From NCBI GenBank assembly GCA_947572405.1, contig CANPBV010000002.1, forward strand, positions 1 through 38,256: 38,256 nucleotides of DNA. The letters run 5' to 3'. The first letter of the stretch is position 1, and each line of letters starts with the position of its first letter. A program made the position numbers and the translations under genes. This document shows positions 1-9,273 of this stretch, piece by piece. The DNA is from an uncultured Mycoplasmatota bacterium (GTDB taxonomy: Bacteria; Bacillota_I; Bacilli_A; RF39; UBA660). Under the pieces are notes generated by a model, which made no database searches, was not told where the DNA came from, and worked only from the letters and a program-made list of their open reading frames with translations.

Positions 1-62
1 TTCTATTTTATCATGTCCTTATTTTTTCTGTCTAATTTATTATAACCGATCCAATAAGTAGT

Positions 63-78
63 TTATCATCGATGATAA
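63..78. promoter_or_regulatory. Perfect 16-bp palindrome TTATCATCGATGATAA, a candidate operator upstream of the ABC ATPase gene
   Basis: Read directly: ttatcatc/gatgataa is self-complementary with no mismatch. It lies about 47 nt upstream of the ATG at 125. Confidence 0.4.
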
Positions 79-124
79 GTATTCAAAGATTTTCGCCATT
101 AACTATATTGAAAGAGAGGTCATA

Positions 125-832
125 ATGATGGAAAAGAAAAAAAGTATGAATTCAGAAACAAAAATAAATAAGGATAATATATTGCTTTCTATTCAAAACG
201 CAAGTTACCAGTATAGTGATGCAGAAGAAGATGAGTATGCACTAAAGAATGTAAGTTATGATTTTGAAAAAGGAAAAGTATATGCTATACGAGGAAGAAG
301 TGGAACAGGAAAAACAACTTTGCTATCTTTAATTAGTGGTTTAGAAAGATGTACCGAAGGAAGTATAGTATTTGATGGCAAAGATTTAAAAGATATAAAT
401 TTAGATTATTATCGTAATCATGAAATTGGTATAGTTTTTCAAAGTTATAATTTACTGCCATTTATGACTGCAAGCGAGAATATTATTCTATCAATGGATG
501 CTAGTGGAATAAAAATAGGAAATAAAAAAGAAGAAGCAATTAAACTTATGAAAAGCGTTGGCTTAAAAGAAACATATGCTAATCGTAAAGTTTTAAGAAT
601 ATCGGGAGGGGAACAACAAAGAGTTGCAATAGCTAGAAGTCTTGCCTATAATCCTAAAATGATTGTTGCTGATGAGCCAACAGGAAATCTTGATAAGCAA
701 ACCGAAAAAGAAATTTTAGAAATATTTAAGAAATTAGCTCATGAAGATGGAAAGTGTATAATAATTGTTACTCACTCTCCTAATGTTTGTGAGTCTGTGG
801 ATCAAGTTTATGATTTAAAAAAGGTTAAATAA
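125..832 (+). CDS. ABC transporter ATP-binding protein (MacB/LolD/FtsE-like subfamily)
   Basis: Walker A GRSGTGKTT, ABC signature ISGGEQQRVAIARSL, Walker B MIVADEPTGNLD, H-loop IIVTHSP. SD-like agagagg precedes the ATG. Confidence 0.9.
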   Translation: MMEKKKSMNSETKINKDNILLSIQNASYQYSDAEEDEYALKNVSYDFEKGKVYAIRGRSGTGKTTLLSLISGLERCTEGSIVFDGKDLKDINLDYYRNHEIGIVFQSYNLLPFMTASENIILSMDASGIKIGNKKEEAIKLMKSVGLKETYANRKVLRISGGEQQRVAIARSLAYNPKMIVADEPTGNLDKQTEKEILEIFKKLAHEDGKCIIIVTHSPNVCESVDQVYDLKKVK

Positions 833-951
833 GAGAAAGGAGATAAAATGTAGATAAAATTACAATTTATCTCAAAGATTAAAATTATTAGGTACAAAAC
901 TATAAAATAAGGATACATTTGATTGGGCAAAGCAAATTCAATCCATTGGGT

Positions 952-990
952 AGCATCTGAAATCACTTAGTTGTGAAATCAGATGCTTTT
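952..990 (+). terminator. Rho-independent terminator
   Basis: agcatctgaaatcac (952-966) pairs with gtgaaatcagatgct (973-987): 13 bp with an internal 2-nt A/A mismatch and loop ttagtt. It is followed by TTTT. Confidence 0.6.
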
Positions 991-1142
991 GCTATTTGAG
1001 GAGTAATATTATAAAAATAGAGAATTTTCTCTATAATAGGGAACTGGATGCTAATAGATTTTATTTTTTGTACTACATATAGAAAAGCTTTCCATAGCAG
1101 AAGATATTTATTAAAATAAAGAAAAAAGGAATTGTAGTGACA

Positions 1143-1614
1143 ATGATGGGAAATGAGCTATATTTAAGACAAATATCAGCGCTTGTCCACTTTGATGATC
1201 CAGAATTAAAAGAAGACTTTTGTAAGCAAAATAAGGTTTTAGCAATGGCTTCTGTTCAACTTAGGATACCAAACCGGTTAATTTATTTAAAAAATACAAG
1301 CAAATGAAGAGTCTGAAATGGAACATAATTATAATGAAAGAAGGGTTTTAATAAATCCTGTTATTATATCTAGAGAAGGACTAACAGAATATTGGAAAAC
1401 GTGCGCGAGTTTTGAGGATAACACGGGGCATGTTTATAGACCATATAGGATTGTAGTAGAATATCTTGATCGTACAGGAAAAAAACAAGTAGAAACATTT
1501 GAGGGATTTGAAAGTACCGTATTGTTACATGAATATGATCACTTAAATGGAATTCTTCATATTGATATAGCTGATCAAATACTTGTTAAACCAGCAAAAG
1601 AGAGAAAAGTCTGA
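1143..1614 (+). pseudogene. def: Peptide deformylase-like gene split by a +1 frameshift in an A6 tract
   Basis: The 1318-1614 ORF carries the PDF metal-binding motif HEYDHLNG (HExxH) and a C-containing remnant of the EGCLS motif (KTCASF). ORF 1143-1307 (MMGNELYLRQ...VLAMASVQLRIPNRLIYLKNTSK) resembles the GxGxAAxQ-IG-x-RIIV segment. The two pieces are in different frames. Removing one A from the A6 run at 1289-1294 joins them as ...RLIYLKIQANEESEMEHNYNERRVLINP... Confidence 0.6.
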
Positions 1615-1714
1615 CGACAAATACATGATTATAATGTTATTTTCAAAGAAGGGGATTATGAAACGCTATTAAAAGAAAAAAATACCTTAATTTGTGAAAA
1701 AAAGTAGGTTTGAT

Positions 1715-1743
1715 TTGAAAAAAATATAGAATTATGCTATAAT
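1715..1743 (+). promoter_or_regulatory. Sigma-A-type promoter with extended -10
   Basis: -35 ttgaaa (1715-1720), 17-nt spacer, TGc extension, then -10 tataat (1738-1743). It sits 20 nt upstream of the lipoprotein start. Confidence 0.5.
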
Positions 1744-1763
1744 TTAAAACAGGAGGGGATTTT

Positions 1764-2228
1764 ATGAAAAAAACAGTAGCAATTTTATTTCTTTGCGTTT
1801 GTATAGGAATTTCTACTGGATGTGGGGAGAAAAAGAAAGAAGAAACAAAAGTGGTTGAATGTACACAAACACAAAGTTTATCTGCTTATGAAATCAAATC
1901 GAATTTTAAAATTACAGCGAAAGGTGAAGTTGTAGAAAAAGTAGAAGCGACTGAAACATATACATCAGAAGATGCTTCTATCATAGACCAATTGGAGCAA
2001 ACATTAAACCTACAATATGAAAGCTTAAATAGTTCGTATGGTGGATATACACATAAAGTTACAAAGGGAGAAAAACAAGTATCTGCTTCTGTAACCATTG
2101 ATTATAGTAAATTTGATTCTAAAAAATTCGCAACAGATAAAAAACTAGAAGATTATATTAAAAATGATCATTTAACTTTAGACGGTGTTATCAAACGTTA
2201 TCAATTAAATGGAGCAACTTGTAAATGA
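1764..2228 (+). CDS. Putative lipoprotein, paralog A
   Basis: Signal peptide with lipobox GISTG|C. SD aggagggg upstream. About 40 percent identical by eye to the next gene (VECTxTQxLS, YGGYxxKVT, VTIDYSK, GATCK). Confidence 0.8.
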   Translation: MKKTVAILFLCVCIGISTGCGEKKKEETKVVECTQTQSLSAYEIKSNFKITAKGEVVEKVEATETYTSEDASIIDQLEQTLNLQYESLNSSYGGYTHKVTKGEKQVSASVTIDYSKFDSKKFATDKKLEDYIKNDHLTLDGVIKRYQLNGATCK

Positions 2229-2238
2229 TTTATTTGAA

Positions 2239-2263
2239 AGACTATGAAATATAGTCTTTTATT
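2239..2263 (+). terminator. Rho-independent terminator
   Basis: agactat (2239-2245) / atagtct (2251-2257), loop gaaat, followed by ttttatt. Confidence 0.6.
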
Positions 2264-2278
2264 ATCGATACAAAAAGA

Positions 2279-2307
2279 GTGAAAATTTTGTGAAAAAATG
2301 ATATAAT
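2279..2307 (+). promoter_or_regulatory. Promoter with extended -10
   Basis: TGaTATAAT at 2299-2307. A weak -35 gtgaaa lies 17 nt upstream. Confidence 0.4.
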
Positions 2308-2325
2308 GAATAATGAGGAGGAAAG

Positions 2326-2793
2326 ATGAATATGAAAAAAATGTTGTCAGTTGTATTATTGCTTTGTGTTAGTGTCGGAATTGTATCAGGATGTGGAGCA
2401 AAAAAGAGAACAGTTGAATGTACAACAACTCAAACTTTATCAGATTATAAATTAAATGCTACTTATAAAATTTATGCAACAGGAGATGTTGTTGATAAAG
2501 TAGAAACCATAGAAGTTGTGGATTCATCTAATGAATCAGTATTAAAAGAATTTGAATCTACTCTTAATGCACAGTATGGAAACAATGACAAACGATACGG
2601 TGGTTATGACTACAAAGTCACAATTGATGGTTCCAAACTAGAAAGTAAGGTAACCATTGATTATAGCAAAGTAGACATGGATAAAATGGTTAGTGATAAC
2701 AGTGCAATGAAAAGCTTTTTAAATAAGAAAAATCGCTTAACAGTAGAAGGTGCTACTTCGATTTATGAAGCAATGGGAGCAACTTGTAAATAA
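2326..2793 (+). CDS. Putative lipoprotein, paralog B
   Basis: Signal peptide with lipobox IVSG|C. SD aggagg at 2316-2321. Shares the conserved blocks and the C-terminal GATCK with paralog A. The ATG at 2332 is an alternative start. Confidence 0.8.
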   Translation: MNMKKMLSVVLLLCVSVGIVSGCGAKKRTVECTTTQTLSDYKLNATYKIYATGDVVDKVETIEVVDSSNESVLKEFESTLNAQYGNNDKRYGGYDYKVTIDGSKLESKVTIDYSKVDMDKMVSDNSAMKSFLNKKNRLTVEGATSIYEAMGATCK

Positions 2794-2815
2794 CTCATTT
2801 TGAGTTATTTTTTTA
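2791..2815 (+). terminator. Rho-independent terminator
   Basis: taactca / tgagtta 7-bp stem, loop ttt, then a T7 run. Confidence 0.6.
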
Positions 2816-2892
2816 ATTTTTTTATCATATTCTTAAGGAGAAACTTAACAAGCAAGAAGAAACATGATATACTTTTTTAGGAGGGTGAATAC

Positions 2893-4224
2893 ATGTTCGA
2901 ACAGAAAAAGATATATATCATGGGAATGGCTAGAAGTGGCTATGAAGCTGCTAAAATTTTGGTCCAGTTCCATAATGAAATTTTAATCACTGATGAAAAA
3001 GAGCAGGACGAAAATCAAGTAAAAGAACTAGAAAAATTAGGTGTTAAAATAATAATCACAAATAAACAAGAGGATTATTTGGATGATACCTTTGATTTGG
3101 TTATTAAAAATCCTGGTATTCGATTTGATACCCCTTGCATAAAAAAAGCAGAAGCACTTGGCATTAAAATTATCAACGAAGTAGAACTAGCTTATCATTT
3201 TTTGCCAAAAAATGCGCATATTATTGCAGTTACTGGATCAAATGGAAAAACAACAACAACAACACTTATTTATGAATTTTTAAAAGAAATGAACGTGCCA
3301 GTTCATTTGGGTGGAAATATTGGATTTCCAATGTGCTCTTTAATTAAAAATGTAAAAGAAGGAGATTATATTGTACTTGAAATTTCAGCGCAACAACTTC
3401 ATGATATGTATGATTTTAAAACAGAAGTTTCAGTATTAACCAATTTGACTCCAGTACATATTGATTTTTTTGGAAACTATGAATACTATCAGGAAATGAA
3501 GAAAAAAATATTTATGAATCATACATTATCAGATATGGCAATTATTAATTTAGACGATGAAGCAGAAATCGCTTTGACAAATGATATCAAATCAAATAAA
3601 ACATATTTTTCGATTAAAAAAAGTGCGACTTCTTATTATAAAGATGGTGCTATATATTATGGAGATGAAAAAGTTATAGATACAAATGATATTCGAATTC
3701 AGGGAAAACACAACTATCAAAATATCATGTGTGCTATTATTGCTACGAAACGTTTTGGAATTCCAAATGACGTTATTAGAACAGTTCTTTCTCGCTTCGC
3801 AGGAGTAGAACACAGACTAGAATTTGTAGCGAAAATAAAGGGAAGAGAATTTTATAATGACTCAAAGGCAACCAATGTGAAATCTACCGAAATTGCTTTA
3901 GGATCTTTTGACAAAGCCATGATTTTATTATTAGGTGGACTAGATAGAGGACATTCTTTTGAAGATTTAAAAGATGATATGCGATATGTAAAACATGTAG
4001 TTTGTTATGGAGAAACGAAAAATAGAATTAGAGAATTTTGTGAATCTATGAATAAAGATGTAACAGTAGTTGATACCTTAAAAGAGGCTACTAAGGTTGC
4101 ATATAATTTATCAGAAGAAGGAGAAGTAATTCTATTATCTCCAGCTTGTGCTTCTTTGGATCAATATGAATCATTTGAAAAACGCGGAGAAGACTTTAAA
4201 CAAGCAGTGGAAGCATTAAAGTAA
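2893..4224 (+). CDS. murD: UDP-N-acetylmuramoyl-L-alanine--D-glutamate ligase
   Basis: Mur ligase P-loop VTGSNGKTTTT, GVEHRLE and NDSKATN motifs, 443 aa. SD ggaggg upstream. Confidence 0.93.
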   Translation: MFEQKKIYIMGMARSGYEAAKILVQFHNEILITDEKEQDENQVKELEKLGVKIIITNKQEDYLDDTFDLVIKNPGIRFDTPCIKKAEALGIKIINEVELAYHFLPKNAHIIAVTGSNGKTTTTTLIYEFLKEMNVPVHLGGNIGFPMCSLIKNVKEGDYIVLEISAQQLHDMYDFKTEVSVLTNLTPVHIDFFGNYEYYQEMKKKIFMNHTLSDMAIINLDDEAEIALTNDIKSNKTYFSIKKSATSYYKDGAIYYGDEKVIDTNDIRIQGKHNYQNIMCAIIATKRFGIPNDVIRTVLSRFAGVEHRLEFVAKIKGREFYNDSKATNVKSTEIALGSFDKAMILLLGGLDRGHSFEDLKDDMRYVKHVVCYGETKNRIREFCESMNKDVTVVDTLKEATKVAYNLSEEGEVILLSPACASLDQYESFEKRGEDFKQAVEALK

Positions 4225-4248
4225 GTGATTTTATTCACTTATTTTTTA
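4222..4248 (+). terminator. Rho-independent terminator
   Basis: taagtga / tcactta 7-bp stem, 6-nt loop, then a T6 run. Confidence 0.55.
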
Positions 4249-4255
4249 AAGTTTG

Positions 4256-4264
4256 TGCTATAAT
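4256..4264 (+). promoter_or_regulatory. Extended -10 element upstream of eno
   Basis: TGcTATAAT read directly. No good -35 was found. Confidence 0.35.
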
Positions 4265-4298
4265 GAATAAGGATAGATAATTAAGAAAGGATGATACA

Positions 4299-5528
4299 AT
4301 GTCAAAAATAAAAGACGTAATAGGAAGAGAAATATTAGATTCAAGAGGAAATCCTACTGTAGAAGTAGATGTGATTTTAGAAAGTGGAATTGTTGGTAGA
4401 GCCGCTGTTCCAAGTGGTGCCTCAACTGGAGAAAGAGAAGCATTAGAATTGCGCGATGGTGGAACTCGCTATATGGGAAAAGGAGTTTTAAAAGCTGTTA
4501 GTAATGTCAATGGACCTCTTAGAGATTTGGTGCTTGGAATGGATGTTTTAGATCAAAAAGCATTAGATTATAAAATGATAGAAGCAGATGCAACTGAAAC
4601 AAAATCAAAATATGGAGCCAATGCAATTTTAGGAATTTCTATGGCCGCATTAAAAGCAGCTGCTTTATATGAAGAAAAACCTCTTTATGAATATGTTGGA
4701 GGAGGTATGAAATTACCTGTTCCAATGATGAATATTATTAATGGTGGAGCTCATGCTGATAATAAATTAGATTTTCAAGAATTTATGATTATACCACAAG
4801 CAGATACCATTCATGAAAGAGTTCAGATTGGAGCAGAAGTATTTCACAATTTGAAAAAAGTATTGAATGAAAAGGGACTTGCAACTGGTGTAGGTGATGA
4901 AGGAGGATTCGCGCCTGATTTAAATAGCAATCAAGAAGGTTTTGAACTCATTATGGAGGCAGTCAAAAAAGCAGGCTATACATCAGATGATGTTAAGCTA
5001 GCAATTGATGTGGCTGCTAGTGAATTTTATAAAGATGGAAAATATGAATTAGTTGGAGAAGGAAGAAGTTTAACAACAGAAGAACTCGTTACATACTATG
5101 AAGATTTAATTTCAAAATATCCAATTATTTCAATAGAAGATCCAGTCGATGAAAATGATTGGGAAGGATTTACATTGATTACAGAGCGATTAGGAGATAA
5201 AATACAACTCGTTGGAGATGACTTATTTGTTACAAATAAAAAGTGTCTACAAATGGGAATTGACAAACATGCTGGAAATGCAATTTTGTTAAAAGTAAAT
5301 CAAATAGGGACTATTACAGAGACAATCGAAACTATTGAACTAGCAAGAGAACATGGATATGCAACAATTATTTCTCATAGAAGTGGAGAAACAGAAGATA
5401 CTACTATTGCAGATTTGGCAGTTGGTCTTAATCTTGGCCAAATTAAAACAGGTTCTATGTCTAGAACAGATAGAATTTGTAAATATAATCAATTAATGAG
5501 AATCGAAGAAGAAATTGCAAGAGACTAA
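4299..5528 (+). CDS. eno: Enolase (phosphopyruvate hydratase)
   Basis: N-terminus [17 protein letters not shown], plus [32 protein letters not shown] and [17 protein letters not shown]. The match to the enolase family is essentially full length. Confidence 0.97.
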   Translation: MSKIKDVIGREILDSRGNPTVEVDVILESGIVGRAAVPSGASTGEREALELRDGGTRYMGKGVLKAVSNVNGPLRDLVLGMDVLDQKALDYKMIEADATETKSKYGANAILGISMAALKAAALYEEKPLYEYVGGGMKLPVPMMNIINGGAHADNKLDFQEFMIIPQADTIHERVQIGAEVFHNLKKVLNEKGLATGVGDEGGFAPDLNSNQEGFELIMEAVKKAGYTSDDVKLAIDVAASEFYKDGKYELVGEGRSLTTEELVTYYEDLISKYPIISIEDPVDENDWEGFTLITERLGDKIQLVGDDLFVTNKKCLQMGIDKHAGNAILLKVNQIGTITETIETIELAREHGYATIISHRSGETEDTTIADLAVGLNLGQIKTGSMSRTDRICKYNQLMRIEEEIARD

Positions 5529-5546
5529 CGTTTCTTGCTTTTTTTA
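5517..5546 (+). terminator. Rho-independent terminator overlapping the eno stop
   Basis: gcaagaga / tttcttgc forms 8 bp including one G-U, loop ctaacg, then a T7 run. Confidence 0.6.
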
Positions 5547-5581
5547 ATGGTTATGTTATGATAATAAAAGGAAGTGATGAA

Positions 5582-6208
5582 ATGTTATTATTAAACGTTC
5601 CTTATGAGGAAAAAGAGGAAGCAAAAAAATTAGGTGCTAAATGGAATCCAGAAATTAAAAAATGGTATGTTACAAATCCTAAAACATATGGAAATTTTTT
5701 GAAATGGATAGAAGGTGGGGAAGTTTCTTATATTTTGTGTGATGAACTATATCTGGTAGAAGGAAAAACACAATGTTATCGTTGTAAACAACAAATCTCA
5801 GTGATTGGATATGGGATCAAAAAGATGGTAACTTTATATGAGGACGATATAGAGTTCATAGATGGAACCATTCATATTGGAAGTATAATAGACCCAATTC
5901 CAGAAACATTATTAAAATATATTCAAAAACATTATAATTATAAAATGAGATATTCTAAAACAATAGGTGATCAATATTTGGCGAATGGTTGTCCAAATTG
6001 CGATTCTTTACAAGGAAATTTCTTTCTTTTTCAAGAAGTAGACTCTCCATTTTTTATCGATTCGGATGAAACAGCTTCCAATTTAACGCTTTATAAAATA
6101 AAATTGCCATATGATTTGGTATTAAGAAATGTCGAAGTTGGATATGGAAGTGAAGATGACAGAATTGAAAAATGCGCAAAAATAATATCGTTAGATATCC
6201 GTTTATAA
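5582..6208 (+). CDS. Hypothetical protein: N-terminal DUF5710-like module plus a C-terminal four-Cys (zinc-ribbon-like) domain
   Basis: LNVPYEEKEEAKKLGAKWNPEIKKWYV matches the LxVP[FY]xEKxxAKxLGA[KR]Wxxxx KxWY module as I recall it. CYRC...CPNC Cys pairs are present. I prefer the ATG at 5582 (SD aaggaag 5-6 nt upstream) over the track start at 5558. Confidence 0.6.
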   Translation: MLLLNVPYEEKEEAKKLGAKWNPEIKKWYVTNPKTYGNFLKWIEGGEVSYILCDELYLVEGKTQCYRCKQQISVIGYGIKKMVTLYEDDIEFIDGTIHIGSIIDPIPETLLKYIQKHYNYKMRYSKTIGDQYLANGCPNCDSLQGNFFLFQEVDSPFFIDSDETASNLTLYKIKLPYDLVLRNVEVGYGSEDDRIEKCAKIISLDIRL

Positions 6209-6302
6209 AATTTCTTGTAAAATTCATGTAAATCCTATGAATTTTATTTAGATTTTTGCCGATTTTTAGTATAATGGATATAGTGAGTCTAGGAGGTATA
6301 TC

Positions 6303-8531
6303 ATGGCAAAAAAGAAGAAAAGAAAAGAAGAAAAGAAAAAGAGTACTGGATATAGTACAGAACTAGTAGGCTTATTATTTATTATTACTGCAATTATTGG
6401 GTTTTGTGCTTATGGGCCATTAGGTGCTTTGATTCGTTCCTTTTTTATATTTGTATTTGGAGCTTGGTATGGACTTCTTTTTTTGGCCCTTTTCATAGTA
6501 GGTGTTTATATGATCGTAAAACGGAGCAAACCAAATTTTTTCACATCAAAACTTTTTGGACTTTATATAATCATTATTGGAATTTTGATGATGGCTCATA
6601 CTAGTTATTTATCGCAAAATGATTTAAAAGGATTTGATGTAGTAACCGAAACGATCACTAACTTTTTAGATGCAACAACGAAAGTTAGAAGTGCTCAAGG
6701 CGGAGGAATTATTGGTGCCATATTTTCTTTAATTTCTGTTAACTTAGTTGATTTAAAAGGTACTACAATTGTTGTATGGACTATGATTATATGTGGAACA
6801 GTAATGTTTACTGGCGTTTCTATTTGGGATTTTGTACAGGCTTGTAAGAAGAAATCTGAAACTTTAGTTGCTCATAATCAAGAGAGAAAAGAAAAACTTC
6901 GGCTTGAAAAATTAGAAAAGAAAACAGCAAAAGAAACCGAACCAGAAGAAGTAATTGAGGAGGATAATAAGATTGTTGTTTCTAGTGTTGATGAACTTAT
7001 TCATGTGGCAGAACCAAAAGAAGAAGTTTCAACAGTCACCCCAGAAATTTCTGTAAATGATGGAGAAGATTTTGCAGTAAATGAAAGTTATAAATATCCT
7101 CCAATGAATTTACTGGCAAAGCCTCAAAGAGGAAACAACAAAGAAAATCAAAATGCCATTAAAGATAATGTTGTAGCCTTAGAACAAGTATTGAAAGATT
7201 TTGGAATAGAAGGAAAAACAGTTGCAGCCAATATTGGGCCTGCGGTAACCCAATATGAATTAGAAATCAAAGCAGGAACAAAGGTAAGCAAAATCTTAAG
7301 TATTCATAGAGAAATTGCCCTTGCCTTAGCAGCTAAGGAAGTACGTATTGAAGCTCCGATTCCAGGGAAAAAAACAATTGGAATAGAAATTCCAAACATC
7401 AAATCGATTCCAGTATGTGTAAGAGAAGTTTTAGAATCTGTTCCAAGTAATATGGAAAAAAGCAAATTATTAGCTGTACTTGGAAGAGATATCATGGGAA
7501 AACCACAATGGATGGAAATCAATAAAACACCACATCTTTTGGTTGCAGGCTCAACAGGAAGTGGTAAATCAGTTTGTATCAATAGTTTACTTGTTTCTAT
7601 GCTAATGCGTAGTAAACCAGATGAAGTAAAATTGATTTTAGTAGACCCTAAAAAGGTAGAATTATCTATGTATAATGGGGTTCCACACCTTTTAGCGCCC
7701 GTTGTAACCGATGCCAAAAAGGCTAATATTGTTTTAAAAAAAATGGTTGTAGAAATGGAAAGACGTTATGAAGCCTTTGAACAATCAGGAACTAAAAACA
7801 TTGCAGGTTATAATGATTATGTAGATAAAAAAAATGAAGGGATTCCAGAACGTGACCAACTTCGAAAAATGCCTTATATTGTTGTAATTATCGATGAACT
7901 TGCAGACTTGATGTTAGTAGCCGCAAAAGAAGTAGAAGATTCTATTATGCGTATTACACAAATGGCTCGTGCAGCAGGAATTCATTTGATTGTAGCAACT
8001 CAAAGACCATCAACAGATGTCATCACTGGAGTAGTAAAAGCCAACATCCCATCTAGAATATCTTTTGCTGTATCAAGTAGCATTGATTCACGTACAATTT
8101 TGGATATGACAGGAGCAGAAAAGCTTCTTGGAAAAGGAGACATGTTATTTAAACCACAAGGAGAAAACATTCCCATTCGTATTCAAGGAACATTTATATC
8201 AGATGAGGAAATCAAAGCAGTAGTAGATTATGTCTGTGCCCAACAAAAAGCACGTTATGATGAAACTCTAACTATGGATGAAGAGGAAAAAGGAGCTACC
8301 ACTATGGTGGAAGATGGTGACGAAGAGGAACCACTTTATAATGATATTGTAGAATTTGTAGTGACTTCAGGAAAAGCAAGTGCCTCTTTATTACAACGTC
8401 GCTTTAGACTAGGCTATAATAGGGCTGCAAGATGCATTGACCTATTAGAAGAACGTGGTATCATAGGACCAGCTAATGGATCGAAACCAAGAGAAGTACT
8501 CGTAAAAATAGAAGGAAATGAAGAGGAATAG
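6303..8531 (+). CDS. ftsK: DNA translocase FtsK/SpoIIIE
   Basis: Four to five N-terminal TM helices, an acidic linker, Walker A AGSTGSGKSV, Walker B VVIIDELADL, and a C-terminal gamma wHTH (SLLQRRFRLGYNRAARCIDLLEERGIIG). SD aggagg upstream. Confidence 0.95.
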   Translation: MAKKKKRKEEKKKSTGYSTELVGLLFIITAIIGFCAYGPLGALIRSFFIFVFGAWYGLLFLALFIVGVYMIVKRSKPNFFTSKLFGLYIIIIGILMMAHTSYLSQNDLKGFDVVTETITNFLDATTKVRSAQGGGIIGAIFSLISVNLVDLKGTTIVVWTMIICGTVMFTGVSIWDFVQACKKKSETLVAHNQERKEKLRLEKLEKKTAKETEPEEVIEEDNKIVVSSVDELIHVAEPKEEVSTVTPEISVNDGEDFAVNESYKYPPMNLLAKPQRGNNKENQNAIKDNVVALEQVLKDFGIEGKTVAANIGPAVTQYELEIKAGTKVSKILSIHREIALALAAKEVRIEAPIPGKKTIGIEIPNIKSIPVCVREVLESVPSNMEKSKLLAVLGRDIMGKPQWMEINKTPHLLVAGSTGSGKSVCINSLLVSMLMRSKPDEVKLILVDPKKVELSMYNGVPHLLAPVVTDAKKANIVLKKMVVEMERRYEAFEQSGTKNIAGYNDYVDKKNEGIPERDQLRKMPYIVVIIDELADLMLVAAKEVEDSIMRITQMARAAGIHLIVATQRPSTDVITGVVKANIPSRISFAVSSSIDSRTILDMTGAEKLLGKGDMLFKPQGENIPIRIQGTFISDEEIKAVVDYVCAQQKARYDETLTMDEEEKGATTMVEDGDEEEPLYNDIVEFVVTSGKASASLLQRRFRLGYNRAARCIDLLEERGIIGPANGSKPREVLVKIEGNEEE

Positions 8532-8564
8532 GAAGTTTATCGCTTCCTATTTATAGGTGATTGT

Positions 8565-9269
8565 ATGCAACGATATTTTGGAAAAGAAAAAAAGGAAAAC
8601 AATATGATATTAGAACCAGGAGATATGCATCATATCAAAAAAGTGATGCGTATGAAAGATGGTGACGAAATAGAAGTTGTGATTGATGGAAAACTTTTTT
8701 TGTGCAATTTAAAAAACAATTTAGAGACTATTGTTATAAAAAAGGAATTAGAAATTCCAAAAGATTTTATGAAATATATTACTTTGGTAATTCCAGTTTT
8801 AAAAGAACAAAAAATGGATTTGATTTTACAAAAAGCAACAGAATTAGGGGTAACCGAAATTATTCCTGTTTCAATGAAACGGTCAATGGTAAAAATTGGG
8901 GAAAAAGAAGGAAAAAAATTAGAGCGATGGAACAAAATTATGAAAGAAGCCAGTGAACAATCGATGAGAAATTGTATTCCAAAACTTCAGTCAGTTACTA
9001 CATTTTCTGAAATTACAAAATTAGATGGGCTTAAAATAATTTGTAGCACAAGAGAAAAAGAAAATACTTTTAAAAAGTTTTTGCAAACATCGACAAATTA
9101 TGATAAACTGATTATAGTGATTGGACCAGAAGGTGGGCTTGACATAGAAGAGGAAAACTTTTTACAGGAACACAAGTTTGTGCCAGTTACATTAGGGCCC
9201 AGAATTATGCGAGTTGAAACAGTACCAATTTATGTATTAAGTATATTAAATTATGAATATATGGAGTGA
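8565..9269 (+). CDS. rsmE: 16S rRNA (uracil1498-N3)-methyltransferase
   Basis: MQRYF N-terminus, a PUA-like N-domain, a SPOUT C-terminus with VIGPEGGL, and 234 aa. Sits upstream of mtaB as in the Bacillus yqeU-yqeV arrangement. Confidence 0.85.
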   Translation: MQRYFGKEKKENNMILEPGDMHHIKKVMRMKDGDEIEVVIDGKLFLCNLKNNLETIVIKKELEIPKDFMKYITLVIPVLKEQKMDLILQKATELGVTEIIPVSMKRSMVKIGEKEGKKLERWNKIMKEASEQSMRNCIPKLQSVTTFSEITKLDGLKIICSTREKENTFKKFLQTSTNYDKLIIVIGPEGGLDIEEENFLQEHKFVPVTLGPRIMRVETVPIYVLSILNYEYME

Positions 9270-9273
9270 TTCT

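Noticed and set aside
4299-5528. Enolase is ~20 aa shorter than typical (409 aa): a possible truncation
   Set aside because: All catalytic and structural motifs are present through the C-terminal LMRIEEE helix. Only the variable tail is missing, and a proper terminator overlaps the stop, so it is considered intact.
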